Shown: positions 29,277 to 38,771, numbered from the stretch's first letter. The stretch is 64,000 nt of DNA from Candidatus Yanofskybacteria bacterium (GCA_016185525.1 JACPNK010000005.1:28473-92472), one strand, 5' to 3'. The notes: generated by a model from the letters alone, not told the origin. Translations and numbers: made by a program.

Positions 29277-30939
29277 GCCTAGAACCTAGAACCTGAAAGC
29301 TAGAAGCTATCAGTACACTTAAACTAGCCAGTAAAATTGGCCAATCTCCTAGTTTATTATACAATGTTTTCTTGCTATTTAATACAATGTCGCCTGTTAA
29401 TATCTGAAATCCCTGCACTTGGAACGGATAAGTGCTTTCAGCACGAGAGTGCAAATCCGTTCCAAGTGAGGGGTCAAAACCCGTTTCGGAAGCTTCTCTT
29501 GAGATTTTTCCCGAGCCCGAAACCACAAAAGATGGTCCATAATTTGCGGCATAGATTAGGTATTTGTTGTTTTCAGCGGCGCGCAAAGAAGCCATAGCTT
29601 TAACTTGTCTGATTAAGTCTTTGGAACCGTTAGCAAAAGCGAAACTGCCTTGCACAGCTATGAGTTGTCCGCCAGACAAGGAAATATTTCTGGCCAAAGA
29701 CGGCGAAGAAATATCGGAACAAACCAAAGCCCCTACCCCCACCTGAGGACTGTCCTCAGTAAGATTGGGAAAATTAATAGCGGAGGGTGGCTGATGACCG
29801 CTTTGTAGCTCTTCAAAATTTTTAAGCTCTTCGGAATCAATGCCTAAAACTTTATCTAACAGGCGGAAGAGATAAGGCGCGTATTCCCCTCCCGGAGTCA
29901 AGAGTTTTTTGTCATAATCTCCAACCACGCCGCTTTTGGAATCCAAGTATATGGTTTTAGATTTTTTCAGAAAATTTTCCTGGATATGCGAGTTGTCTAT
30001 GATGGCGGTTTTGGAAGAAAATAGATTGTTGAAAAAAAGGCCGACATTCAAAGTATTGCCGAATAAACTTATGTTAGTAAAAAAATTGCTGGCTTCGGGA
30101 AAAACTATCAGTTTGGTTTCGGGTTCTTCTCTACTTATTTTATTCATCAGTTCAAGCTGTTTTTTGAAAAAAGAAAGCTGTTCTTGGGGGCTGTAGTTTT
30201 TTTTGCTTGGGATATAACTTTGAATGACCGCTACTTTAATCTTTTCGGCATTATTGTTGGAAGGAACGAACCAGTCAAATGGAAAGTAAGAAAGAGAAGT
30301 TAAAACAGCGATAAAAATCCAAAGTTTTTTGTATTGTCTTTTTTCCAAAAAAAGAAAAATTAAAACGGCGGCGAGAGCGACAAAAAAAGTAACGCCGTAA
30401 ATGCCAAGCAGAGACGATAACTTAAGAATCAAAGTGTTAGCATGCAAGTTGTAAGCAAGATTGCCGGCTGTCCAATCGGGTGAAATTGTATTGCCCGGGC
30501 TGAACCAGAGAATTGAAATTATAAATGATCTTAAATACTCAAACCAAACAAATATTGAAGGAAAAACAATCAAAGATGTCCAGCTTGTTTTCTTCTCAAT
30601 TTTCTTGAAAAGCCAAAATGCCGTTGCCCAGAGAAATGACATTGCCAGAGCGGTCAAAAGCCAAGCGAAAGCTATCAAACCGGCGGCAAGGTAGTGATTT
30701 TCAAAACCGAGTCCTTCAAGAGGATAAGTGTCCCAAAACCATCTGAAGACGAATAAGAAATAAACCAAACCAAACCAAAAGCCGGTTGAAAAAGCTTTCT
30801 GCGGGCGGATTTCAAGAAAAACAAAGAGAAGTATTAAAGCAAAAAATACCAGCCAGCCTAAGCCGAAAAAAGGCAAAGAAAAAGCCAAAATTAAACCGCC
30901 TAAAACTGCAAAGATAAGATTTGGCTTAATTTTCTCCAT
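29260..30939 (-). CDS. lnt: apolipoprotein N-acyltransferase-like (8-TM domain plus carbon-nitrogen hydrolase domain)
   Basis: 559 aa; CN-hydrolase triad candidates are E in IVFPEAS, K in DKKLLTPGGEYAP and C in GALVCSDI. The hydrophobic N-terminal half is typical of Lnt. Confidence 0.65.
   Translation of the reverse strand: MEKIKPNLIFAVLGGLILAFSLPFFGLGWLVFFALILLFVFLEIRPQKAFSTGFWFGLVYFLFVFRWFWDTYPLEGLGFENHYLAAGLIAFAWLLTALAMSFLWATAFWLFKKIEKKTSWTSLIVFPSIFVWFEYLRSFIISILWFSPGNTISPDWTAGNLAYNLHANTLILKLSSLLGIYGVTFFVALAAVLIFLFLEKRQYKKLWIFIAVLTSLSYFPFDWFVPSNNNAEKIKVAVIQSYIPSKKNYSPQEQLSFFKKQLELMNKISREEPETKLIVFPEASNFFTNISLFGNTLNVGLFFNNLFSSKTAIIDNSHIQENFLKKSKTIYLDSKSGVVGDYDKKLLTPGGEYAPYLFRLLDKVLGIDSEELKNFEELQSGHQPPSAINFPNLTEDSPQVGVGALVCSDISSPSLARNISLSGGQLIAVQGSFAFANGSKDLIRQVKAMASLRAAENNKYLIYAANYGPSFVVSGSGKISREASETGFDPSLGTDLHSRAESTYPFQVQGFQILTGDIVLNSKKTLYNKLGDWPILLASLSVLIASSFQVLGSRHDKII
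29277..29312. repeat. CTAG-rich repeat (right flank), partner of 28905-28937
   Basis: cctagaacctagaacctgaaagctagaagcta; it overlaps the 3-prime end of the lnt-like ORF. Confidence 0.5.
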
Positions 30940-31694
30940 TCATTTAATGTCAGCGACTCCGGACGCCTTTTTTCGTCAATGCCGGCTTCTTGAAGCTTTT
31001 TTCCAAGGGCCGCCCTTGGAAGGCTTAGTCCGGCGGAGAGACTGTTTAATAATTGTTTTCTTTTGCCGTTGAAAGCCAAACGGGCTAATTTCATAATTTT
31101 TTCAACTTGTTCTTTTTCCGTCGGACCTTGGTCTTTAGGTGTCATTTTTATTAAAGCCGAATCAACTTTCGGTACTGGCCGGAAATTTCCTTTGGAAATA
31201 TATTTTAAAATTTTTGCGTCTGCGTAGAACCGAACCGACAAAGCCAGCAAACTCATTTTGGAAGGTTTAGCGACTATTCTTTGGGCTACTTCTTTCTGTA
31301 CCATGAACAAAATTAACTTTGGTGAAGGCCATTCGCTAAGCACTCTTCTTAAAAGTTGCGATGTCAAATAATAAGGGATATTCCCCACTACCTTGTATTT
31401 CCAAGGTTCGACCTTGATCAGATTAAGGTCGAACCTTAATATGTCTCCCTCAATCATTGTAACATTTTTTTGATTTTTAAACTTGGTTTGTAGAACCGGA
31501 ACTAAGTTTCGGTCTTTTTCAACGGCAATAATTTTTGCTCCGGTTTCCGCCAGTTTTTCGGTCAACAGACCTGTGCCGGCGCCGACTTCCAGCACAGTGT
31601 CGCTAGCTGAAATTTCAGCCATTTCAACTATGGATTTAAGTATACTGGCGTTTCTTAGAAAATTTTGACCCAATTTTCTTGACGGCCTTATCAT
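30900..31694 (-). CDS. rsmA: 16S rRNA (adenine1518/1519-N6)-dimethyltransferase
   Basis: 264 aa; KLGQNFL and SAM motif VLEVGAGTGLLT. Confidence 0.9.
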   Translation of the reverse strand: MIRPSRKLGQNFLRNASILKSIVEMAEISASDTVLEVGAGTGLLTEKLAETGAKIIAVEKDRNLVPVLQTKFKNQKNVTMIEGDILRFDLNLIKVEPWKYKVVGNIPYYLTSQLLRRVLSEWPSPKLILFMVQKEVAQRIVAKPSKMSLLALSVRFYADAKILKYISKGNFRPVPKVDSALIKMTPKDQGPTEKEQVEKIMKLARLAFNGKRKQLLNSLSAGLSLPRAALGKKLQEAGIDEKRRPESLTLNEWRKLSQILSLQF

Positions 31695-31715
31695 GCTTGT
31701 ATCTTATTTAGCGCA

Positions 31716-31861
31716 GCAGACACAGCCTCTGAAGTCGCTGAGGAGGCAGTTTGCATGGTTGAGATTAAGTATAGTTATTCTTAACTTAATCTCAAAACTG
31801 CCGACGTCGCGAGCGAACGGAGTCGCTGGCGTAGTGAGCGTGCTGAAGAGGCTGTGTCTGC
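31716..31861. repeat. 146 bp MITE-like element, copy 1 (15 bp terminal inverted repeats GCAGACACAGCCTCT)
   Basis: About 89% identical to the reverse complement of 45448-45593. Termini are gcagacacagcctct...agaggctgtgtctgc. Confidence 0.6.
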
Positions 31862-31876
31862 GAAGCTAAAAAGTTC

Positions 31877-34800
31877 CTAGTCATAATCTATAAAATCTTC
31901 GTAATTAAAGTCCCGCCTAAACGGTTTTTTTGTATTTTCAGATATAAAATCTTCGGGTATTTCAGAGACGAATCTTGAAACCGGATTAAATTGAGACGAA
32001 CCATAAACCATGCGGTTTTGGCAGTGAGTCAAATAAAGTTTTTCTTTGGCTCTGGTGATTCCAACATAGCAAAGTCTTCTCTCTTCCTCCAACTCAACCG
32101 GATCAGTAATTGATCTGGGATGAGGAAACAGACCTTCTTCCATGCCTGCTAAAAAAACGGTTGGAAATTCCAGGCCTTTGGAAGCGTGCATGGTCATCAG
32201 GGTTGCGCTTTTTTCTTGGTTTTTAATTTGGTCGGTTTCTTGTATCAACGAAACCTCTTCCAGAAAAACCGGCAGAGATTCGCGCGACTTTAGGTTGTCG
32301 TATTTTGACGTAACTGTCAGAAGTTCTTTTACGTTCTCCCAGCGGGATTCGTGGTCAACAGTTTTTTCCTGAAGGTATTTTTGGTAGTCAATATTTTGGA
32401 GGAGTTTTTTTATGAGTTTTGAAAGGTAAGACTCGTCTAGTTTTTCTTCCAAAGCATTTATGGTTTTGCTCAATGAAGCCAAACCGGACAAAGCTTTCTT
32501 ATCTAATTCTTCTCTGTGATTTTTGAAAAGCTCAAAAACATTTCCGGCAGATTTTTGTTTTTGAATTTCCAGTATCCTTTCAAATGTTTTCTTGCCGATT
32601 CCTCTGCTTGGTACGTTGTGAATTCTTTCTAAACTAAAGTTGTCGCTCGGATTGAGCAGAAGCCTTAGATAAGCCAAGACGTCTTTAATTTCTTTTCTTT
32701 CATAAAATTTTAAGCCGCCAATAATTTTGTAGGGCAGACCGGCTTTCAGCATGGCTTCTTCAACAGCGCGGGACTGGGCGTGAGTGCGGTATAAAACACA
32801 AAAGTTGTTTAAGTCTTGTCCTTTTTTTAGTCCCTTTTTTATTTCGTCGGTTATAAATTTACCCTCTTCTCTTTCATTTCCTAATTCGGCAAGCAGTATT
32901 TTTTCGCCTTCCTGATTTTCAGTCCAGAGATTTTTGTGTCTTTGGAATTTATTGTTTGAAATAATATTTTGGGCGGCGGCTAAGATGTTCTGGGTTGAGC
33001 GGTAGTTTTGCTCCAAAAAAACAATTTTTGCCTCCGGATAGTCTCTTTCAAAACTTAAAATGTTGCGCAAATCTGCTTGTCGGAATCCGTAAATAGAGTT
33101 ATGGACAGCAAAATTGTTGGCAGTATAAGTGTGTGTTCTTTCAATATCTAGGTCGTAAACGGGGCCGTTATAATCAATTTTTTTAATATCAATGATTTTT
33201 TCGTTAACAAATTTTTTACCGTTAAAAACAGGAACAACCATGTGGGAATGCAAGTGAGATGCAGGCATAAAGTCAAAGTTAATGTCGGTGATTAAGGCGT
33301 GTTTTGTGACTTCAACGCCACACAATTCGGCTATTTGGCCGGCAAATTCTTCTGCCTTTTTATTATCGGCAAATACTTTCTCAATTCGCCAAGTATTAGC
33401 TTTGCCTTTTCTGACTTTCAGTCCGGAGTCTGTGAGTAATTTTCTAATTTTTTTGTTTTGGTTGTTTATACTGACTCTTGCTCTCCGTGACTTTGCTCTA
33501 GTTCCGCCATCGGAAGATGAAAAGTAGCACAGATTAACGGAAGTTCTCTTGGTTTGAAATTTTGTGGTTCCTTGCGGTCGGTGGTGGGGATAACTAAACG
33601 ACAAATCCAGATCAAGCATTAATTTTTTAGCGCGTTCAGCGCTTGGTATTTCTCGGAAAAGCTTTTCAATTTGTTTTTGGGTAATTAAACCGGAATCCGG
33701 GCCATTGCCTCTGTCAGCAAAAAAGACGGTAGTGGGTATGCCATAGTTAAAAGCATAATAAGACTCCCAAAAATGAGCTTCGGAACGGTTAGGCGAAAGT
33801 TTTAGAATCCACATTTTGTCAGCTCTTTCTTGATTAGCCCGCACATTTAGTCCAAGTCTGCTTTTGTTTTTTTTTATCTGTCTTATTCCCACAGTAACGC
33901 CTATTCTGTATCCTAATTTCTTAGAATACATCAAGTAAGTAAGAAAAAAATTTTTAGAGGGAAGAAGTTTACTAAACAAAATATGGTTGGGGGTGGTTTG
34001 TAAGACATTTCCATTTGCAGTGGTTATTTCCAGTAGCGGCCCCTTATATCGAAATCTTCTTGCATTTAATACTTTTGCCGGGCGAGTTAAACTTCTTCCG
34101 GCTGGCGACAAAATGTTCTCCCCTTTACTGACTTTTTCAATCTCTTTTAAGCCCTTTTCGGTTTTAATTTTTGTTTTTGGCGGAAAACATTGGTAATCAT
34201 CCCCAACAGCCATGATATTTTTGTGTTTTTGAGCCAGCATTTTCAGAAAAAGATACTGCGGTTTGTTGGTGTCCTGATATTCATCAACCAAAATGTATCT
34301 AAAGCGGTCTTGGTATTTTTCCAGTATGCTTTTTCCCTGTTTTAACATTTTTACGGTCCAAAAAAGCAGATCGTCAAAATCCATAGCGTTGCTGTTTTCC
34401 AAGTTTTTCTGGTAGAGAGGATAAATTTTAGCGACGATTTTTTCAAAAAATTCCTTAGCCGAGCCGCTGTATTCAGCCGGTCCGGCCAGGTTGGTTTTGG
34501 CTTCAGATATTCTGGCAAGCACGGCGCGGGGATTTGTTTTTTTTGTGTCAATTTCCAGTTCTTCCATTACTTTCTTGATAACGCCAAGCTGATCCTCGGT
34601 ATCGTAAATGACAAAGTTGGAAGTGTAAGGCGAGTTAAATTTTCCGATTTCGTTTCTTAACAACCTTGCCGATATGGAGTGAAACGTCCCCAGCATAGGA
34701 AAACCTAAATTTTGAATTTTGCCTGCCCCGCCGTTGGCGTATGACCTGGGGAATTTTGAATTTTGAATTAAGCTTATAACCCGCTCCCTCATCTCCCCCG

Positions 34801-34993
34801 CGGCTTTGTTTGTGAAAGTAACCGCTAAGATATTTTCTGGTCTTACTCCCTGCTGGATTAAGTGAGCAGTCCGATGGGTCAGCACCTTTGTTTTACCGCT
34901 GCCAGCGGCGGCAATAACCAAAACCGGACCCTCTGTGGCCCGTACCGCTTCAACTTGTTTTTCGTTTAAACCCTCAAAAAGATTTTTAGACAT
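31877..34993 (-). CDS. UvrD/PcrA-family ATP-dependent DNA helicase interrupted by an intein
   Basis: Walker A AAAGSGKTKVL and DEYQDTN. Motif III VGDDYQ is split from SIYGFRQAD by about 367 aa. C-terminal helicase motifs (QNYRST, VTRAKEKL) are intact. Confidence 0.85.
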   Translation of the reverse strand: MSKNLFEGLNEKQVEAVRATEGPVLVIAAAGSGKTKVLTHRTAHLIQQGVRPENILAVTFTNKAAGEMRERVISLIQNSKFPRSYANGGAGKIQNLGFPMLGTFHSISARLLRNEIGKFNSPYTSNFVIYDTEDQLGVIKKVMEELEIDTKKTNPRAVLARISEAKTNLAGPAEYSGSAKEFFEKIVAKIYPLYQKNLENSNAMDFDDLLFWTVKMLKQGKSILEKYQDRFRYILVDEYQDTNKPQYLFLKMLAQKHKNIMAVGDDYQCFPPKTKIKTEKGLKEIEKVSKGENILSPAGRSLTRPAKVLNARRFRYKGPLLEITTANGNVLQTTPNHILFSKLLPSKNFFLTYLMYSKKLGYRIGVTVGIRQIKKNKSRLGLNVRANQERADKMWILKLSPNRSEAHFWESYYAFNYGIPTTVFFADRGNGPDSGLITQKQIEKLFREIPSAERAKKLMLDLDLSFSYPHHRPQGTTKFQTKRTSVNLCYFSSSDGGTRAKSRRARVSINNQNKKIRKLLTDSGLKVRKGKANTWRIEKVFADNKKAEEFAGQIAELCGVEVTKHALITDINFDFMPASHLHSHMVVPVFNGKKFVNEKIIDIKKIDYNGPVYDLDIERTHTYTANNFAVHNSIYGFRQADLRNILSFERDYPEAKIVFLEQNYRSTQNILAAAQNIISNNKFQRHKNLWTENQEGEKILLAELGNEREEGKFITDEIKKGLKKGQDLNNFCVLYRTHAQSRAVEEAMLKAGLPYKIIGGLKFYERKEIKDVLAYLRLLLNPSDNFSLERIHNVPSRGIGKKTFERILEIQKQKSAGNVFELFKNHREELDKKALSGLASLSKTINALEEKLDESYLSKLIKKLLQNIDYQKYLQEKTVDHESRWENVKELLTVTSKYDNLKSRESLPVFLEEVSLIQETDQIKNQEKSATLMTMHASKGLEFPTVFLAGMEEGLFPHPRSITDPVELEEERRLCYVGITRAKEKLYLTHCQNRMVYGSSQFNPVSRFVSEIPEDFISENTKKPFRRDFNYEDFIDYD
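33098..34198 (-). mobile_element. intein (about 367 aa) in helicase motif III
   Basis: Begins CFPPKTKIKTEKGLKEI... (Cys1) and ends ...NNFAVHN followed by the +1 Ser of SIYGFR. No clear LAGLIDADG motif was seen, so the endonuclease domain may be degenerate or absent. Confidence 0.7.
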
Positions 34994-35063
34994 GTAAACT
35001 CTTTTGGTTCTATCATATTTTTGAGCTGATTAAAAACAAAAAACCAGATTTGCTGATTTATTT

Positions 35064-35136
35064 GTATCCCCGGACCGATTTGAACGGTCGGCCTCTTCCT
35101 TCGGAGGGAAGCGCTCTTCCGCTGAGCTACGGGGAC
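35064..35136 (-). tRNA. tRNA-Arg (anticodon CCG)
   Basis: Cloverleaf GTCCCCG/TAGCTCAGCGGAAGAGC/CTTCC-CTCCGAA-GGAAG/GACCG-TTCAAAT-CGGTC/CGGGGAT-A. No encoded CCA. Confidence 0.8.
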
Positions 35137-35178
35137 GATTCCAACGAGATAAATTTTTTCTTGCGAGTTGCCAGATGA

Positions 35179-35592
35179 TTATTTAATTTTTTCTAAGTCA
35201 CCGTTTATAATGACTGGCTTAACGGCCTCAATCTCTGACTTGTAATACGGTATTTCTGGAATAGGATTGTACAAAAATATTTTCTGACCTAAAACATGAG
35301 CAAATCCTATTTCCATTAACGTATTGCCGCCGATATAGTATTGAATGTTGTTCTTGTCCAGGTTCATTACTAATATGGCGTCTGCTCCCTGCATTAATTT
35401 CCAGAATTCTTTTATAGCATCCAAATTATATTTTTGATGAAGTTTGATTTTCTCTATTTCTTCATCAGATTTGCCAATGAAAGGATCTGCAAGATTTGTG
35501 AGAAAAGCATCGTGTCCATATTTAACAAGCTCATCACGAGCTTCAATCATTTTTTCTGTATATTGCATACTGCCAACAACTCCAATTCTCAT
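35179..35592 (-). CDS. nucleoside 2-deoxyribosyltransferase-like small protein (putative)
   Basis: 137 aa; the pattern GADAILVMNL...GGNTLMEIGFAHVLGQKIFLY resembles the PF05014 fold. Confidence 0.35.
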   Translation of the reverse strand: MRIGVVGSMQYTEKMIEARDELVKYGHDAFLTNLADPFIGKSDEEIEKIKLHQKYNLDAIKEFWKLMQGADAILVMNLDKNNIQYYIGGNTLMEIGFAHVLGQKIFLYNPIPEIPYYKSEIEAVKPVIINGDLEKIK

Positions 35593-35628
35593 AATTATTT
35601 TTGTTGTATTTGTCTCCTGTTAGAAATG

Positions 35629-35703
35629 CTGGTGGACCCGAGGGGAATTGCACCCCTGACCCCTGCAATGCGAATGCAATGCTCTGCTGCTGAGCTACGG
35701 GCC
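35629..35703 (-). tRNA. tRNA-Ala (anticodon CGC), CCA encoded
   Basis: GGGCCCG/TAGCTCAGCAGCAGAGC/TTGCA-TTCGCAT-TGCAG/GGGG-TGCAATT-CCCCT/CGGGTCC-A-CCA. Confidence 0.8.
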
Positions 35704-35712
35704 CGTCTCTTA

Positions 35713-35784
35713 GTCGGAATGCCGGAATTCGAATCCGGACTACCACCACCCGAAGATGGCGTGCTACCGTTACACCACATTCCG
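35713..35784 (-). tRNA. tRNA-Pro (anticodon CGG)
   Basis: Starts with a C1-G72 pair (CGGAATG...CATTCCG-A) as is typical of tRNA-Pro; anticodon loop TTCGGGT; T-loop TTCGAAT. Confidence 0.75.
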
Positions 35785-37230
35785 TTATTCCACAAAATGT
35801 TTTTGCTTGATTTTTTTAACTTCTTTTTCCTCTTCTTCTGTTATTTTTTCTTTGCCCGCTTGGGCCAGTTTTAGTATTTCTTTTTCTGACAATTTATTTA
35901 ACTCAGCAGAGCGCTTGTTCAGGTATTCTGCACTGTTTTTGCCGGGATCTTCCAATACCTCATTCATCAAGGCGTTAATGATCATACCAACTTTTGGTCC
36001 GGGACTAATTTTGAGCAGCTGCATAAGTTGATTGCCGTTGATTTTTAGCATTTTTGGCGAAAGTGGGTCGCGAGCCACTTTGTCAATCATAAACTGCAGG
36101 TGGCGCAGTTTGTAAGGTTTTGCTTTAGGCGTGCCGGAACCGATTCGATCAGCTTCTCTGACCTTGATTAAATCTTCAACATTTTCTTTGCCGATGTTTG
36201 CCACCAGCCGTCTGACCGAACTTTCGGTAACTTCGCCGACATTGTAGTAAAACAGATGCCATCTTACCAGCTTAATAATTTTTTCAGCCTGCTTTTGCGG
36301 AAACTTTAAGCGATCTAAAACTTGGGCGGTCATTTTGGCGCCAATCATTTCATGGGCGTAAAAAGTTGAATTCCGACCCATTCCCCTTTTTGACCTTGGT
36401 TTGCCGACATCGTGCAGGAGTGAAGCCAGTCTGACTTCTACGGAATAATTTTTTGAACAAGCGTAATCAAGAGCGCGGATATTGTGTTCCCAAACGGTGT
36501 AAATATGGTGCAGGTTTTGCTCAACCCCGACTCCTTCAAGCAATTCTGGCAAGGCGTATTGCATAAGCTCGGTTTCCCGCAATAGCTCTGCGCCTTTCTT
36601 AGCGTCCCGGCTTTCAACTATTTTCACTAGCTCGTCGCGGATTCTTTCTTTTGATATTATTTTCATCAAAGAATGTTTGTTTTTTATCGCTTCAAGAGTT
36701 TTCTCTTCAATAGTAAAGTTAAGCGAAGCGGCAAATCTTACGGCGCGCATCATGCGTAGAGCATCTTCGGAAAATCTTTCTTCCGGATCGCCGACTGCCC
36801 TTATGACTTTTTCCTTTAAATCTTTTTGTCCGTCAAACAAGTCGGTAACTTTGCCTTCTTTATCCATTGCTAAAGCGTTTATCGTGAAGTCGCGCCTCTT
36901 TAAATCTTCTTCCAATTTCTCGGCAAACCTTATTTTATCCGGATGTCTTTTGTCGGTATATTTTGACTCTATGCGGTAAGTGGTAACTTCCACCACCAAA
37001 GTTTTTTCTTCCTGACCTGTTTTTACACCCACAGTGCCGAAATCATTTTCATAAAAACTATCGGGAAAAATTTTCTGAATTTCTTCAGGCTTGGCGTTGG
37101 TGGTTATGTCCCAGTCAGTCGGCTCTTTGCCTAGCAACAAATCGCGCACACATCCACCCACGACAAAAGCCTGAAAATTGTTTTCTTCCAGTTTTTCCAG
37201 AATTGATTTTACTTCTTTGGGTAAAGTCAT
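35785..37230 (-). CDS. cca: CCA-adding tRNA nucleotidyltransferase with HD domain
   Basis: 481 aa; head motif VVGGCVRDLLLGKEPTDWDITT and HD motif LLHDVGKP. Confidence 0.85.
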   Translation of the reverse strand: MTLPKEVKSILEKLEENNFQAFVVGGCVRDLLLGKEPTDWDITTNAKPEEIQKIFPDSFYENDFGTVGVKTGQEEKTLVVEVTTYRIESKYTDKRHPDKIRFAEKLEEDLKRRDFTINALAMDKEGKVTDLFDGQKDLKEKVIRAVGDPEERFSEDALRMMRAVRFAASLNFTIEEKTLEAIKNKHSLMKIISKERIRDELVKIVESRDAKKGAELLRETELMQYALPELLEGVGVEQNLHHIYTVWEHNIRALDYACSKNYSVEVRLASLLHDVGKPRSKRGMGRNSTFYAHEMIGAKMTAQVLDRLKFPQKQAEKIIKLVRWHLFYYNVGEVTESSVRRLVANIGKENVEDLIKVREADRIGSGTPKAKPYKLRHLQFMIDKVARDPLSPKMLKINGNQLMQLLKISPGPKVGMIINALMNEVLEDPGKNSAEYLNKRSAELNKLSEKEILKLAQAGKEKITEEEEKEVKKIKQKHFVE

Positions 37231-37345
37231 GTTGTAAATTTAACTGTGGCTAGGACTTACTTACGTTACTATTGCACTGTTTATAACTATTTGTTAGTAT
37301 ACTAGTGACAGGCGTCGACCGTTTGGTCTATGGCCTGTTTTTTGT

Positions 37346-38110
37346 TTATTTAAATGAGTTTTTAGTGCCCTTGAATATGCTAATTTTAAACTTTTCTTTC
37401 AAAAATTTATCTTGTCGATTCCCTCGTTTATCAATAAAGAATGAACCATTTTCTATACCGAGTTTCTCTTGTAAAAAGTCTAGTAATTTTGACTTAAGAT
37501 TTGGGTGTTTTTTGAGGATACTATCTTGAATTTTGAGGTCGTAAAGCACTGCACCGAGCAGTAGATCGGTTAGTTGCAAAAGATCGGAAGATTTTGAATT
37601 TATTTGCAAGAATCCGGCAATAACTATCTTTTTATAATGATCGTTTACTATGCCACGAGTTGCTAGTTCCAAGTTTATACCATCAGGATAAAAATAATCA
37701 TCAGCCAGTACCGTACATATTTGATTGTCACCATTTCCAATGTTTCTCTTAAGAAGATCTACTGTAAAAGAACGGTAAACCTTTAAAAGGTTGTTGTTAA
37801 AATAAGTTTTAAAGTCCAACTCGTTCTTTTTGAGAATAATAGAGCTAAATACAGCGGAAGGATCTTTAAAGAAAGCTTCAAATCCCTGCTTTATGATTTC
37901 ATATTTAAGCGGACTCACTTTGTTCCATTTTAGTTCTTCATAAAAGTGAAGTTTGTCACGCAAGGTTCTTATTTTTCTCTGTAGTTCATGGGGCCGTTCT
38001 GTTCTGATTACGCCCAATGCAAAATATGGGTCATCACCTTTTTTTAATATACCAGTTTCATCTAGGAAAAATACTGGCAATTTTATTTTTTTGAAGTCGT
38101 TATCTATCAT
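37346..38110 (-). CDS. DUF3800-like hypothetical protein
   Basis: 254 aa; N-terminal VFFLDETG and a C-terminal LTDLLLGAV pattern as in DUF3800. Confidence 0.4.
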   Translation of the reverse strand: MIDNDFKKIKLPVFFLDETGILKKGDDPYFALGVIRTERPHELQRKIRTLRDKLHFYEELKWNKVSPLKYEIIKQGFEAFFKDPSAVFSSIILKKNELDFKTYFNNNLLKVYRSFTVDLLKRNIGNGDNQICTVLADDYFYPDGINLELATRGIVNDHYKKIVIAGFLQINSKSSDLLQLTDLLLGAVLYDLKIQDSILKKHPNLKSKLLDFLQEKLGIENGSFFIDKRGNRQDKFLKEKFKISIFKGTKNSFK

Positions 38111-38149
38111 TTATTTTTTGTGGAATTATACAACTCTGCTTGAACATTT

Positions 38150-38300
38150 TTTGAAGAGAACTAACCGCCTCTGCGGAGTTTATCCCGCACCGAGCTTGCT
38201 CTGGTGCGGGGCTCCGGCGGAACGCTCGGGCGCGGCGGAATTCCCCCCACACTCTCTTCCGTCGCGTCCTCGCGGGAGGCCAAAATTTTTTCGGCACCAA
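38150..38300. other. about 150 bp GC-rich (about 70% GC) intergenic island with an 8 bp GC hairpin, in an otherwise roughly 40% GC context
   Basis: ctctgcggagtttatcccgcaccgagcttgctctggtgcggggctccggcggaacgctcgggcgcggcggaattcccccc... lies between the NUDIX gene and the DUF3800-like gene. Confidence 0.3.
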
Positions 38301-38771
38301 CTATAATGACTGCCGCAATTCCGATACTTTTAGTGTAGCTTCTCTCGGCACATTTTCAAAATTAGTTTTTGCGTCCTCAATAAACCAATCACGAATTTCG
38401 AGAGGATATAAAAGTAATTGTGGCAGACCTTTTGTATTGTACCAAATCGGATTGTAAAAATTTGTATTACTTTCTTTCATATCTCGCGCCTCGTTTCCGT
38501 CGCCAAGTTTTGGCTCGCCGGAAACATATCGACAAAGATAGAAAAATTGCTCAGTGTTGTCGTCGTAAATGTGATGGTAAAGCAATTTTTCTATCTTTAC
38601 TTCAAGTGATGTTTCCTCTTGGACTTCGCGTAAAACCGCCTGCTCGACAGTTTCACCATTTTCTATGCCGCCGCCAGGAAAGACATGATATTCTTTTCCG
38701 TTGTTTATGCGGTGCATTAGTAAAATCTTTCTATTATTTACTATTATGGCGACGGCGCGGATTCTTTTCAT
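38301..38771 (-). CDS. NUDIX hydrolase
   Basis: 156 aa; Nudix box GGGIENGETVEQAVLREVQEETSL. Confidence 0.85.
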   Translation of the reverse strand: MKRIRAVAIIVNNRKILLMHRINNGKEYHVFPGGGIENGETVEQAVLREVQEETSLEVKIEKLLYHHIYDDNTEQFFYLCRYVSGEPKLGDGNEARDMKESNTNFYNPIWYNTKGLPQLLLYPLEIRDWFIEDAKTNFENVPREATLKVSELRQSL

